NCBI GenBank assembly: GCA_017499595.2
Contig: CM038998.1
Location: 124,001-188,000, forward strand
Source: Psilocybe cubensis
Taxonomy: Eukaryota
Length of the DNA: 64,000 nucleotides
Reading direction: 5' to 3'
Shown here piece after piece: positions 49,020-62,721 of the stretch. The notes beneath the pieces were generated by a model, which was not told the origin of the DNA, made no database searches, and worked only from the letters and a program-made list of their open reading frames with translations. The stretch's first letter is position 1. Each line of letters starts with the position of its first letter. The translations under genes were made by a program, and so were the position numbers.

Positions 49020-50653
49020 ATGGATATTATGATACTGTTGGTGGGATTTTATGGTTATAATATTTAGACTAGCTGACGAAAAAAAACTAGCGTTGTTGGT
49101 GAAACTGGTTCAGGAAAAAGCACAGTATATCCAGCCAAATTTTCGGGTTTATGGACGTATTCTCATGCGTATCATGCAGCTTATCAATTTAATCACTGGC
49201 ACTGACACCATGGTAATCGGTGACACTACCGACTCTTGCACGACGATAATCAAGAAAGTTATGGTCGACCCCAAATTGATCAGCGACTTTCCACACCTCA
49301 ACGGACACAGCGTCTTTCTGGTCGACACCCCCGGATTCAACAGGGTGGAAGCAACCAATGAAGAAACAATACGACAAATTAAGGCCTGGTTTAGTAGTCT
49401 GTGAGTACACCATGACTGGGAAGACGTAAGCATTGAACAACCACACAGGCCTGGCCACTGCGAACTGGGAGGGATTATCTTCCTTCATGACATATCAAAT
49501 GATAGAGTTATAGGAGCCAATTATCTAGCAGATGCTACTTGCAAGGAGTTTTCGCCCGTCAGTGTCGTCCTAGGATTCACAAAAGGGAAAAGCGTTTTAT
49601 CACAGTTCGAAGAACGAGTTCGCATATTAAAAGATGGATATTGGAGGAACATTGTCTCTAATGGTGCAATCATCGAGAAGATCCATAGTTCTGACGATAT
49701 CGGAGGTGCCAGTGCAGTACTACAAACAGTACTGAAAACATACAGTAAGCAACCTTTAAAATTTCTATAACCTAAAATCCATCTAAACTCTGCATCAGTA
49801 AGCAAATGTGCGCGTAGAATCGTAATACCGTAGGCGTCTTTTTTCGTTTTCTATTTGCGCCTCGCTTCCATACAGTATAGCTAATTGACTGTAGAGTCGT
49901 GGGTATGGCAGGTGCTGGAAAAAGTACCGTAAGTAATGGTACCACATCTATCCTCTGTAAATGTACTAAATCTTCAAATAAAAGCTTATCAACACCATAC
50001 TAGAAACCACAGACGCAGTGGTTGGGCACGACCAGGCGATATGTACACGGAGAATCAGAGAACACACCAATCGAAATCTTTTCTGGTACCACAGAAGCTG
50101 CATAATCCACAGTGTCGTGCTTGTGGATACTCCGGGATTCGATAATCCCGTCGTTAGCGATACGACCGTACGTCGACAAATTGAAGAACATGTTGGGAAT
50201 TTGTGAGTCATGGTGATAAATATATGAGAACCTTTGTTAAAATTTGACACACGTAGATCAGCCCCTGAATGCGATTTTGGGGGAGTAATATACGTGCAAG
50301 ATCTTACATCTGACTACGACTGGAGAAATGCCCTTCACAACCTCTTGATATCCAAACGCAATATCCAGGAAAACGTTGCAATAGTAGCAACCAAAGGAGG
50401 GAGGTGGGGAAACAACGTCGAACTGACACAACGTTTGGAATCTTTGAAGAAATATCAGTGCAAATATCTCATTCTTCAGAATTGCCAGGTCTTTGAAATT
50501 GGAAGCACCCTCCACCCCCCAATCGAGGCGCGAAGAATAGTTGATGCAGTTCTGGAACGTTACAAACCAACCACAAAGGTTAGCAGTGTTGAGGCGGACA
50601 CTAGCCTGAGGACCTGGTTCGCCAATCTTCTGAGGATTACATATAGCAACTGA
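49020..50653 (+). CDS. Tandem double-domain AIG1/GIMAP-like GTPase, copy 4 (paralog of copy 2)
   Basis: VGETGSGKST, LVDTPGFN, GGIIFLHDIS; then VGMAGAGKST, VGHDQAICT, LVDTPGFDN, GGVIYVQDL; C-term LRTWFANLLRITYSN. Confidence 0.82.
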
Positions 50654-51403
50654 GGCGATATTGTAAGCCTGCCCTCATCACAGACCCACCCCTTTTACAC
50701 ATACACCTGACGCGTCGAGATCACGCTTCATAATTCCCACGTCACATGATTCGCTACACACAAAATTTCGCTTCACTTCGTTCCTTGTCTCTTACCACAT
50801 CGAACGAAGGTATGTAGTTTACCGTATGCACAAATGATCTCTTGCCACACGGGGATATAAATTTTTTTCATTTTATTTCCTGTTTTACTGTGTACAACCT
50901 ACTGCCAGTTAACCTGCTCAGGAAACCGGGGCGACCTTCCACGTACCAACGCACTGGCGACAAACATCAAGTGATCTAATGATTGGATTCCATCGTAAGA
51001 TACACTTATGAACCTGCTTTATGCGTTACTGGTCATCTTCCATCGTGCATTGCCATGTCAATGCCACGTTCATTGGGTGCGGAAGCAGAGCGTAGACCTA
51101 GACAGATTTAGATCTACGCATCCGGGAAGGTATGACATCGAACCAAACTTACCCAAATCTTCCGGTCATCTTGCAGATAATGAGCAAGCCAATATCGACG
51201 TCGTATCTGGAAAACATGCGGATGTCGCGAGCTTCCTTCCAAAAGGGGCGCATGTGACTAGCGGCCGGATTATGCCCTGGATTCAATATTCTGTGTAACA
51301 CGAGGATCGAATCTGGCACAGAACACATTGACCTTTGTATGTTGCTATATCATTCTGTACACCACCGTTTACAGCTCACTCTTTACGAATCTTTAGGCAA
51401 ACT

Positions 51404-52743
51404 ATGCCCCGTTTTTTCATCCGAAATCTTTTTTCTTCACTCTTAACCAATCAAAACAAAAGGACCAACGAAAACACCCCTGAGGTCAGTGATGGCACAA
51501 ATGTATTTTTCGTTGTTCTGATAGACTATAGTGTCTAAATGTCACTGAACCATTCGACGCCAATAACGCACAGAAAATTGTAATTCCGTACGTTCAGCGC
51601 TCTACAAGCTCGTTGGCTTATTGTGAACACTTTTGCGTGATAACAGCGTGATGGGACCAACAGGCGCAGGAAAAAGTACAGTGCGTACATGCTTTGATAT
51701 ATCGGTGGTTCCTCTGCACTCACGAGTATTTTGGCATCCCTCAGTTAATCAATATGGTTTGCGGCGACGAAAAGGTGGTCGTTGGGCATGATATTCAATC
51801 ATGTACCAGCGTTGTCACACCAGTAGAAATCGACGTCAATCCGTTCCTACATCAGTTTCCTTGGCTAAAAAATCGAACATTATTGTTGGTTGACACTCCA
51901 GGCTTCGATGACACCTACCTAGGAGATATGGAGATTCTTACCATTATTGCGGATTGGCTAAAATCTGCGTCAGTTTCGTTAGTTAGTTCGATTTTATGGA
52001 ACACTTACATTCGTATTAGCTACAAAGACCACGTCCTTGGAGGTGTCCTATACCTCTACGATGTGACTAATGATCGATATACAGGCAGTGCGCGGAAAAA
52101 CTTGGACATTTTTCGTGGTATTTGCGGACAAGACGCCTTTGATATCGTTGTGCTTGGGGCTTCGAAGGGGGGTAGAATCTCTCCAGAACTGGGACAACAA
52201 CGTTTAAAAGCGTTGAAGGACACTCATTGGAAAGAATTCATTTCCGAAGGCGCAGAAATTGTAACCATTGACGACACTAGGCAATCTGCTAAAAATGCAG
52301 TCGCTCAGGTCCTTCACAGCTTCACCAAGAAAAGGGAGGAGTCGAAAAAGCAGGCCGCTATCAAGACACCAGCCGTTACGCGGAAAGAACAGAAGGTAGT
52401 TTGTAAACTTCACTATGACTGTTCTTCTCACTGCATATTTATTCCATTCAAGGGTATTTTAAACTCGGAGGATCATATAACGGCACTCGCCATTCAAGAA
52501 GAACTCGTTGACAAAAAATTCATCGTTCCAGAAACATCGGCAGGGAAGGAACTACGGGTCACCCTTCGTGAAGTTCTTGAATACGAAAAGAAATACTTGG
52601 AATTGGCCAAAAGGGACGGTGATGAGGATGAAGAAACAAAACAGGAACTCCAGAACGCCTTGGAGCAGATAAGAAAACTCTCTAAGCAGCTGGAACAGCT
52701 AAAAGTTCCATTGGGTCGCAGATTATTATCCATCTTACGCTGA
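51404..52743 (+). CDS. AIG1/GIMAP-like GTPase, copy 5
   Basis: VMGPTGAGKST, VGHDIQSCT, LVDTPGFDDT, GGVLYLYDVT..RYTGSARKNL, coiled coil, LKVPLGRRLLSILR. Confidence 0.9.
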
Positions 52744-53423
52744 GCAGTGAGTATCTCCAGGACATTCTTGTCTCTGTTGAATAGCTTGCCTTCTCAGGGA
52801 TAGCGATATATTACCATGGCTTCAATTCGCGTTTAGAAAAGATTTTTTCTTCATCTTGTACTCTTTTGTAATTATTTGTTCAACCGAAATCTGGGAGCAT
52901 AAGTAATTCTTTCGAGGTCGATGTCTACGGAATTGGTTTCTGACTCGATAAATATCTTATTCTAAAGAAAGACCAGATTTAGCTTTCATGCAATGCTACC
53001 GTTCAACCTCGTGCAGCCAACCATCATATGTTAGCTTTATATACAATGCAAGCGCAAGGCAGACTCGTGGCATAGTCCAATATTTGATGATCGTGTAATT
53101 CAGATACACTGCACTCTGATTCGCAATTATGTGATCTCACTGAAACCGTAATACGGAATCTCCGGAAATATACTACTGAACTGGTTTTAGTGAACGACAA
53201 TTGGTACCGAGGGTTGCAATGTGTTCGATGAATCGATCCTTACTTAAGTTTCTAAGCATCATGATTCCATGCAACGTTTAATTGAGCAGCATATTTAGGT
53301 GGATCTCCGCGCTTTGTTTGCAGCGTCGCACATTGTGTTCAGACACGCCGTTGGTCTCCTCCTTTCCTTCTGCAATTTCTCTCAACAATATCTTTAAAGC
53401 AGGCCTCGAAGACAAGGACTACA

Positions 53424-54344
53424 ATGCAGAAACCTTCCATCTTCAAGTCCATGATACGAGCGATTAAAATCTTTACCTTCTTAGGCAAGGTCTGCGTTTA
53501 GAATTTCGTGTATTCAAACTTGCTCTGAATCGTAACCTATAGGATTCAACGCATGATTCCTCAAGTTTTCCAGCAATAATGTGCGTCTGCACTATTCTGA
53601 TATACACAAAGGTCACTCACGGTATCGGATGATATCCATTGTGCAGTGTCCTGGGAATACAGGGAAGCGGGAAAAGCTATGTATGCAATAAAATTGCACA
53701 ATTACTGCATTTCTCCAATCGCTGACCTATCTGAGGTCTGTTTTTCAGTTTATAAATAAACTCACCTGCGATACCAATGTCGTCGACATTTCCGATGATA
53801 TCAACCATCGTCAACTACAACCGTCAAAGACTCCCGTTAACGCTCCATCACTCAAGCAATATCCAAACATCCCAGAGCCCCTCTACATTGTTGAGGTTCC
53901 AGGGCTAGACGATTATACGAGGAGTGATGAAGACATTCTGTCTGAGCTCCAGACATGGCTTGAGACGGAAAAGTAAGCAGCAAAAGCTTACCACGTAAAA
54001 ATAATGACTGATTATATATGTGTGTAATTACGGGAATTAGGTGCGTATTGAAAGGGGCAATATACCTTTACGACATATCTCGAGACCGATATCCGGTTTC
54101 TACCAAAAGAGCCGTCGATGACTTCTTTAGAAAATGGATCGGCCAAGACGCGCGTGGAAAGGTTGTCCTTGGAATCACGAAGTCCGATATAGTCACCGAC
54201 GAAACACTCAAAAACAAACGTCTGGAAGCCCTCAGAACCAATTTTTGGAAGGGAATAATGAAACGATACGAGATCAGAGAGATTATCGACACATCCTCCC
54301 CCAAGGCGTCAGCTGACATTGTGAAGATTCTTCTCAGGTCGTAA
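53424..54344 (+). CDS. Divergent, C-terminally short AIG1/GIMAP-like GTPase, copy 6 (possible pseudo-GTPase)
   Basis: VLGNTGSGKSY; G3 reads EVPGLDD instead of DTPG; GAIYLYDISRDRY; lacks the switch-I SCT and the C-terminal coil. Confidence 0.7.
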
Positions 54345-55536
54345 TTTGATTTGGGAAACTTGCAAAACGACGTTTTACATGCCAGTTAATTCAGCAATCT
54401 CAACTTCAGATTGGAGTTAAATACATTGATAATTCCAGGCTTTATTTAAAGTGAGAATGCAGCGGAAGTACCTCTGTTTGTTTCCGGCTCGCCGCGAACA
54501 TGTTGGCGATACTTGGTTAAACTACCTAATTCGTGCCATTATTGGTAACGATGCACCAAAATATTATGCTCATATTACCATTAGAGAAACGAGTTGGGGT
54601 GCACGCAAACGTGTTACTGTATACCCTAATTGAATTCGTCATTACCGCTTCGTGGGGATATGTAAGTGTGGATGACGGAACTAAGATTCAGAAGAATATA
54701 TATTGGTGTGAGCTCTTGGTGACCTCCCCATTTTTATTCCTTTATAATTACAACGTGCGTATGTGCAAATGATTGAATTGTCCATCGTCCCCATTACTCA
54801 TCAAAGTACCATTGTCGATGTAAAAGAGCGGCATTACGGCACAGCTCAGAGTCAGAGTTGACGGAGTTTGAACTTTAAAATCGCATCGTTGAACGTGCAA
54901 GGCCTCGTCGTTTGATGTCGTGCACATAGGTCAGTGTATATCGAGTGCTTGAGATTGTGACATGGGAAGCTGATAAGGTCAAAAAAGCTAGATTATTTCG
55001 GAGTTCTCCACACCAATTGAGAAGCCTACTCATCAAGCGACAGCACCCCCTACACGATGCTTTGCCCAACGTGTCAAGGCTGATGGTGAGGCACTTATCT
55101 AGGTCCGAGAACTCAGCGAAGAGCTTACGGTACATTTTCTCGAATCTTGTCTTTGCCAGAGACAAGCAGTCGATGCTAGACATTGTTTCCTCAGGCACAG
55201 TGTGCCAGAAGTCACCACGTTGAAGACAAGACCGGAAAACATCCCTCCGCTACCTCACATGTCCACAGCGAAACTAAATCCACAAAGAAGGGATACGTAC
55301 TTTCCTGGAGCGACTTGCGTCAAGTTTTCAGGGTTTAATATTGTCCCTGATGCCTGATGATATGTGCTCTGAACATGCATGTTGCATGAGATGCCATGTA
55401 CATCGCTAGAACCATTTCCCGCTGCTTCCCGAATCTCAGTGACGTTCGGAACCGTTGGCACGATGATTCTTAACAAATATCCCCCACATATACATGAACA
55501 CTGTCACCCCCGTGCCACTTCCTACTATCTGCTCCG

Positions 55537-58500
55537 ATGGAAAAAACGGAGGAGCTTGGGCACTGGAATACCGCCTGTGAGCAATCTTCCGAGCAGTCAT
55601 GAGTACTAAAACCGCCATTTGTACTGATTATGACGTTCTAGCTTGTGTCCACGATACAGCAAGTACTGGGAGAAACCTTATTGTATGTATTGATGGAACG
55701 GACAATCAATTCGGAGACAAGGTATATAGTATAACTCTTACTACTCCAGAATTCTTCAGTTTGATGTTATTATCCGCGCCTAGAACACCAATGTTATCGA
55801 ACTATATAATTTGATCCTAAAAGGAGTGGAGCATAATCAACGGACATGGTACAATAGTGGTATCGGTACCTATGTACGCCCATCATCATGGCTACGATCG
55901 CTGGGGAAGTATATATCTCATAAGATTGATTCTGCTGTGGCATGGTGTGTTGTTTTGATTAATGCGTTTGTCGATTTTACAATTTTATTCCCAGGAATTT
56001 TGAAAAGACAATACTAGGTGCTTACCGATGGTTATCAGATAACTATGAACCTGGTGATCGCATATTTCTCTTTGGTGAGATTTTCCAATCCATCAGGCCG
56101 CCATTCAACAGCATTAAAATTGCGTCTATTACTACTAGGATTCTCCCGTGGGGCGTTTCAGGTTCGAGCCCTATCAGCCATGATTAACAAGGTGTGATAC
56201 AATATGCTATTAAATGAAGTAAAACCGAACCACTTGAACAGGTTGGCTTGATACATAAGGGGAACGAAATGCAAATCCCATTGTCAGTGTTAGTCCAACG
56301 AGCTATTATGGCGCGCGTTAAATAGTTTACCTTTCAGTGCATACGAGCTCTACAGGAATAGCGACAGCGGAACTACGACTGACATAGGTTTGCGCGACGC
56401 TTCTAAAACAACTAGGGCTGCCCGGTTCAAAAAAGCATTCTCGGTCGACGGCGTTAAAGTTCACTTTGTCGGGGCATGGTGAGTGTTTACCTGACTGATA
56501 TCAACCATCATATACTCACTGTGACGAACATAAGGGACACTGTTTCATCCATAGGTTTTACGCGAAGAAAAAAAAACCTTCCTGAGACTGTTGACGGAAT
56601 GAAACATGTTTGTTTTTTTCGCCATGCACTAGCACTCGATGAAAGACGTGTTAAGTTTTTACCGGAATACGCTCACAGTGGTATGATTTCAGTTTGGACC
56701 AATGAATTGATTGTTGAGCTTGAATCTTCACAGGGAGATCCCCTAACAACATCCCCCAATCTGACGACGGCAAATGTGCTCCGCATGTATTGGAAGTATG
56801 GTTTGCTGGAACACACTCTGATATGTGAGGCCACTGTGCATCACCATAAGACGTCTACTAATTAGCTTCTCAGAGGGGGAGGCAGCGTTGAGAACCCAGA
56901 ACTGGACCGCAGCAGACCGCCGCTTCGATGGATGGTGTTCGAAGCTGGAAAGTTTGGCCTCCGTACCTCTGTATTTGATCAAGAGTTATCCCCACACCAA
57001 TTAACTGAAGTCAAAGAGTCTTTAACATTGAACTGGTGGCCTCTCGAGCTTTTGTGTTGTATGCAGACGTCACACTGGTGGAGGCATGTATCGTATATTT
57101 TGAACTTGACTTTAAGCTCATTGAATTTAGGCCGCATTTGGGGTCAGCACGCGTAATTCACGCCGGCCAGAAGATTCACAATACAGTCATTTTGACGGAC
57201 AAGTCCGACTATGTTCCGAAGGCTCTCCCCGAAGGCAAGGATTCTCAATTTTGGCAGCAACTTCGCAACGATTCAACCACCCAGTCTGATTGGCTGGAAC
57301 AAGACTTGTACAAGTACGCTGAGGGTTTAGTGCGTAAATATAGAGATACCCAAGACAAAGTCATATTAGTCATGTTGCGGCAAATCGCTGTATCGGGTGC
57401 GTTTCTTTTTCTACGAAGGCTCTTCGAAATTCATCAAGTTATCCAAAGGGGATGGCATTCAGGCAGTCTGTAAAAGTCTCTACCAATCGACATGCTCGGA
57501 CTCCGCTATTGAAGCGAGTTGCAAAGTTCTACTTGCTACACGAAACATACTTGATATGTGCCCTCGTGACTTGAAGAAATCCTACTCACCACAAATTCGT
57601 TCGCTCGTTTCAAACATGCTGTTGCGTGGATTAGTTTCTATAAAGGAGGCAAGGCAAATAATAGACAGTTGCGCTGACCGTGAGTCGGATTCATATTTTC
57701 AACCATTTATGCAGCTGATATGTTCGTCTTAATCTCCTAGCTTGTGTTCATGTGCTATCGGGACATGAAGGATCTGTATGCTCCGTGGCATTTTCTCCGG
57801 ACGGTGACGTCGTAGCTTCCTCCTCGCTTGATCGCTCGATTCGACTCTGGGACATTGAAACGGGGAATGAACTACGCTGTCTCAGTGATCCCGCAACTTA
57901 TATGACATCAGTCGCCTTTTTAGACGATGGAATTCGGCTAGTATCCGGGTCGTATAATGCAAAGATTTTCACCTGGAATACGAAGACAGGCACTATCAAA
58001 GGAGACCCGTTCGAAAAACATGCTGAGCCCGTCACATCTATATCTGCTTCCCCTGTCGGCACTCATTTGGTCTCAGGGTCTGACGATCAAACAATCCGTA
58101 TCTGGGATATGGCCACGGGGAAAACAAATTCAGATCCTTTTCAGCATTGCGACGGGAAAATTTTGTCTATAGCTTTCTCGCCTGATGGTCGGAGCATAGT
58201 TGCTGGTTCATCTAGCGGATCAGTTCAGATATGGGATATCAAAACTGGCAAATCTCTTACAGGGCAAATGACAGGACACACAGGCCCTGTCTGGTCCGTT
58301 GCTTTCAGCTTCGATGGAAACTTGGTGATATCTGGGTCCTCCGATAAATCAATCCGAATATGGAATGCGATAACAGGCCAAGGAGTAGGCAACCCGCTAT
58401 ACGGCCATAAAGGTTGGGTGAGCGCAGTGGCATGTTCTCCGTCGGATGAACGTGCCGTGTCCGCCTCCAGTGACTGTACAGCTCTTGTATGGGATACAAA

Positions 58501-58642
58501 ACAGATGCATCGTGTTGGAAAATTGATCGGACATAAAGGAAAGATAAACTCTGTTGCGTTTGGGAGCAATGGAAGAAGACTAGCCACTGGATCAAGCGAC
58601 AGGACTGTTCGAATATGGGATGTGACAAAGACTGGATTATAG
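55537..58642 (+). CDS. DUF2235 (Tle1-like alpha/beta-hydrolase) fused to a 7-blade WD40 domain
   Basis: [78 protein letters not shown] across exons; last exon 57752-58642 has seven GH..WD repeats. Confidence 0.88.
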
Positions 58643-59033
58643 ATAGCGATAACGTAGTTTCAACAACCCTACCGCTGGAAACGTTGAGATGATAAGGAAT
58701 GCAACATGTGGCAACGTGCTGCTAATCGAATCTATTCTTACCATCCACATTTTCTGTCAATGAAACTATGGAAAGCAGCATCTTTATTGAATAGCCGATA
58801 ATTCCTAAAGTTATTGTTTATGTTAATGACAAGTAGCCTTGAGGTTTCCACGAATCTGACGCATTCTACCAAAACACAATACAACAAACCCCCAGGTCAA
58901 CGAACGCACCTTTGGGCGGTAAACTTGCTTGCCTCACGCTGTCCCTTTTGCTCATTCAGCACTCTGGCTGGAGTTGACTGAGTATCGCTACTCCTACTGT
59001 TGTACCCACGCCATCCCAAAATCTCTCGTAACC

Positions 59034-60066
59034 ATGCCAAGGAAGCCAACGATAGAACCATACAAAATAATGATACCGTAGGCATTACTCATTCTTCCTT
59101 CAGTGCTTAAAAAACGTGTCATTCAGTGTTATGGGTGCTACGGGCGCCGGTAAAAGCAGCGTATGTGGGATGCAAAGGCCTAGCGGTGAAGGCTCCTTGC
59201 TCATATATCTATGACCAACAGTTTATCAACACGGTCTTGGGAACGGACTTCTTGAAGGTCGGGCATAAAATTGAATCATGTACCACCGAGGTTACAGCTG
59301 TCGAGGTACCTTCCGAGAAGCTTCAAGACATCCCTTTGCTATCAAATAAGGGAATCTATCTGGTAGACACTCCAGGATTTGACGACACTTATAAGGATGA
59401 CGTGGAGATATTGAAGAAAATTTCGAAATGGTTGAAAGCTTCGTAAGTGATTCTATACACATTTAGTGTTTCTGGAGCTTTTACACTTAAACTAGATACA
59501 ATGAATACGCCTTGGGGGGCGTAATCTATCTCCACGATATCTCTGTGGATCGGTATACAGGCACAGCGAAGCGAAACTTGCAATTATTCAACAAGCTTTG
59601 CGGAGAGTCCGAAAGCGTCCTCGACCGCGTTATTATTGGACTCACCAAAGGCGACCGTATTCAACCGGACGAGGAGATTAGGAGACGAGAGGGATTGAAG
59701 CAGCGTCAGTTTAACTATATGATGGCCAAAGGAGTGGAAGTCCTTCGTGTCTCCAGAGGTGACTCGAAAAGTGGTCATCCTAACACAATTCTTCGGAATC
59801 TTCTGCACAAACAGCAAACTCGTTTGATCTTAAGGATACAAGAAGAGATGGCGGTCATGAAAAAAGTTGTTTCCCAAACCGATGCCGCGCAGGAGCTTCG
59901 CCTGACTCTTGCTCAGGTTTTAAAACTCCAGAAGCAACGCTCTGAAGTCTCTGTCGCACCGACAGACCTCGAAGAAGCAAGGAGGCAAATACAAAATTTA
60001 TCAGATCAGCTCAAGGCTTTACAGATTCCATTCTCTCGTCGACTAAGAATGCTCCTTGGATTTTGA
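59034..60066 (+). CDS. AIG1/GIMAP-like GTPase, copy 7
   Basis: VMGATGAGKSS, VGHKIESCT, LVDTPGFDDT, GGVIYLHDISVDRYTGTAKRNL, LQIPFSRRLRMLLGF. Confidence 0.92.
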
Positions 60067-60620
60067 CGATGCTATCCCACTAATTTTTTCATACTCTTAC
60101 GTTTTGTAGGGTAGTAGTCATTACTTACACGCAGTTAGTGAATGACTCGCTATGATTACCAGAATATCACACATATCGACATTGAACTAACCAATCCTGT
60201 CTTCTATCCTACTCTTCGGATAATTACCCATGTGGTTTTGGAAACGATGCCGAAATTTCCTTGACTTTGGCCTGGTGATTTTGATCTAATTTTGCAGCGC
60301 AAATGGCACATGCGTAATAAGCATGTTTTTTTAAATACGACTCAAAATCCCAAAAGGTTCACTGGCGATCTTGAGATTGATACATCTCAGATATGGTATT
60401 TTATGATGCTATATTCGCTGCAGTCACCCTCTCCTACTTGTCTTTCTACTTAGCGCTCAACAACGCTACGCTGTGTGGGCATGATTAAATAACTCTCTTT
60501 ATGAGCACATAGCACCCGAATAATTGCTTCTACTAGTAGTACCTGCCCTCCGAGGTAGACATACGAGTCGCCGTCCACATCACCAAATTCTTGACTTCCA
60601 CAATCTATCTGAACCAACCG

Positions 60621-61612
60621 ATGGCGATGCCGTATGATCCCACTACTTCGACGAATGGTTCAAACCGTTCTAGCTGGGTATACGATTATGATACCCCAAT
60701 ATCTACCCAAAGCCCATGGTGCGATATTGTAATTCCGTATGCATTTATTCTAGTATTACCGAAGACTATGTAATCAATTTTCGCAGTGTTATTGGACCTA
60801 CTGGTTCCGGGAAAAGTACAGTACGTTGCTTTCTATATGTTAAACGAACTGATACGGATTTATAAAAAATATCCGACTAGTTTATCAACATGATTTTAGG
60901 TCAAGAAAGAATGAAAGTCGGCCATGAACAGGAATCTTGTACCTCTGTAGTCTCCGCTATTCCCGTCCTTCCGAGCAAGGCGTCAGTCTGCAACCGCATC
61001 GGAAACCGAAAAGTTCTCTTAGTTGATACCCCTGGATTTGACAACACTGAAGTCGACGACATGAAGGTTTTGGGTGAAATTACCAATTGTCTAGAGGACT
61101 TGTAAGTTCTGGAGCACATACTGTCCCAACCTTTACGCGTGCATTGAAATGATATTAGATACCGCCATCATCACACCATGGGAGGGATCATATACCTCCA
61201 AGATATCTCCCTTGACCGCGTATCTGCATCTACCATGATGTGCATCGACCTTGTTAACAAGGCATGCGGTATTCTTGGGCTGCGACATGTCGTCCTTGGA
61301 GCAACGAAATGCAACAGACTATCTGCTGCCGAGGTGGAAAACCGAATGATCCAGTTAAAAGGCGTTCACTGGAAAGGAATGATGGATATGGGAGCACAGG
61401 CATTTCCATTAGCTTACGACCCTCTGTCTGATGCCCAATCACTCCTCGACGCTGTTTTGGAACGTTTTGAACCTGGCGTCCTTCTAGATATTCAACGGGA
61501 ATTTCGGCGCACTAAAGACATCAGAAATACAAGCGTAGGCAAGCGCCTCATACAGTACATTAGCCGTTGGAAAAGGGCGTTTCAAAGAATATTCCAGTTT
61601 GATTTCTTTTAG
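60621..61612 (+). CDS. AIG1/GIMAP-like GTPase, copy 8
   Basis: VIGPTGSGKST, VGHEQESCT, LVDTPGFDNT, GGIIYLQDISLDR; C-term WKRAFQRIFQFDFF. Confidence 0.9.
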
Positions 61613-62721
61613 ATATTGGAATTCTGGGATTATTTTGTATCGCTTAGGGAAATGATGAAAAGAGTGGAAATAAATTGAAGTTTTAGCATCATGTTGCCGT
61701 ATGTCTTACGGTCGCTTCCAAAACAACCCTGAATTTTCTGCCCCAAAACGATAATCTTTTACAATGAGCGAATCAAATCTCCTACACCTCGCGGTGGCCT
61801 CAAGAAGGATACTGGGTCAATCTTGTACAGCTTGCGGTGGCCTCGTGTCCGAATCACTGCTACGAAGCGAACATAAAGCCTCGAGGTTGTGATCAACCGG
61901 ATGTGACAGATATAGAACAGATCATAGAACATGGAAAAGCACATCTTCCAGCAATAGAGTTCTTGTTCTGCTTACACGCTTCTGAGGCTCCGGCGTGTGG
62001 GGTGCAGTTTCAATGTGTTTTTTTACACCCATCGTAGAAATCAATTACGCCTGAACAACAAATTGCAAACCACCTCAATTAAAAGGAGTTAGCCGTAGTG
62101 ATAAGGAGTGTGATTGAATCTGAGGACATTTGACAGAATGGAAGGAGTGCAAACGACTGTCGCGATCAGGATACAGACACGCGTTCACGGTTTTGGGGTG
62201 CAACGGAGTTCATTAAACTACGACTACTGTCTCGGCAGCCCTGTTGTGTTCTCTACACATGGCGTTTCAAATGTCCCATATTCCCCTGGTCCTGGTCATG
62301 GATCGCTACCGCTATAGGAGGAGAGCTTCAGAAAAGCTTAACAACAAATGCCTCTCGGAGCTCATGCCTCAAAAGGTGGAACCAAAGAAAACTGGATGTC
62401 GAAAAAGTTGTTTATATCAGATTGATCATGACCATATGCTGATTGCGACAACGGCCTTCATAAAAGCTTCGTCACACATCATTTACCAAGGCACTCATTC
62501 AATCGGACTTTTTATCAAATGGTAGTGGAAAGAGTGTAGAAGATCTTCGAAGACGCACCTTGAATACTACATACCCCGTTCGGGTAACAGTGAGAGTTTT
62601 GCCACGACCACCGTTAGTTGTTGAATTATAATGGACCAGATGCGAAAGGCGGCGATGTCTGCTATTTGACCCATCCACCGTCAAAATCGCCACTCTCGAA
62701 AAACTACCATCACCACCTCCA

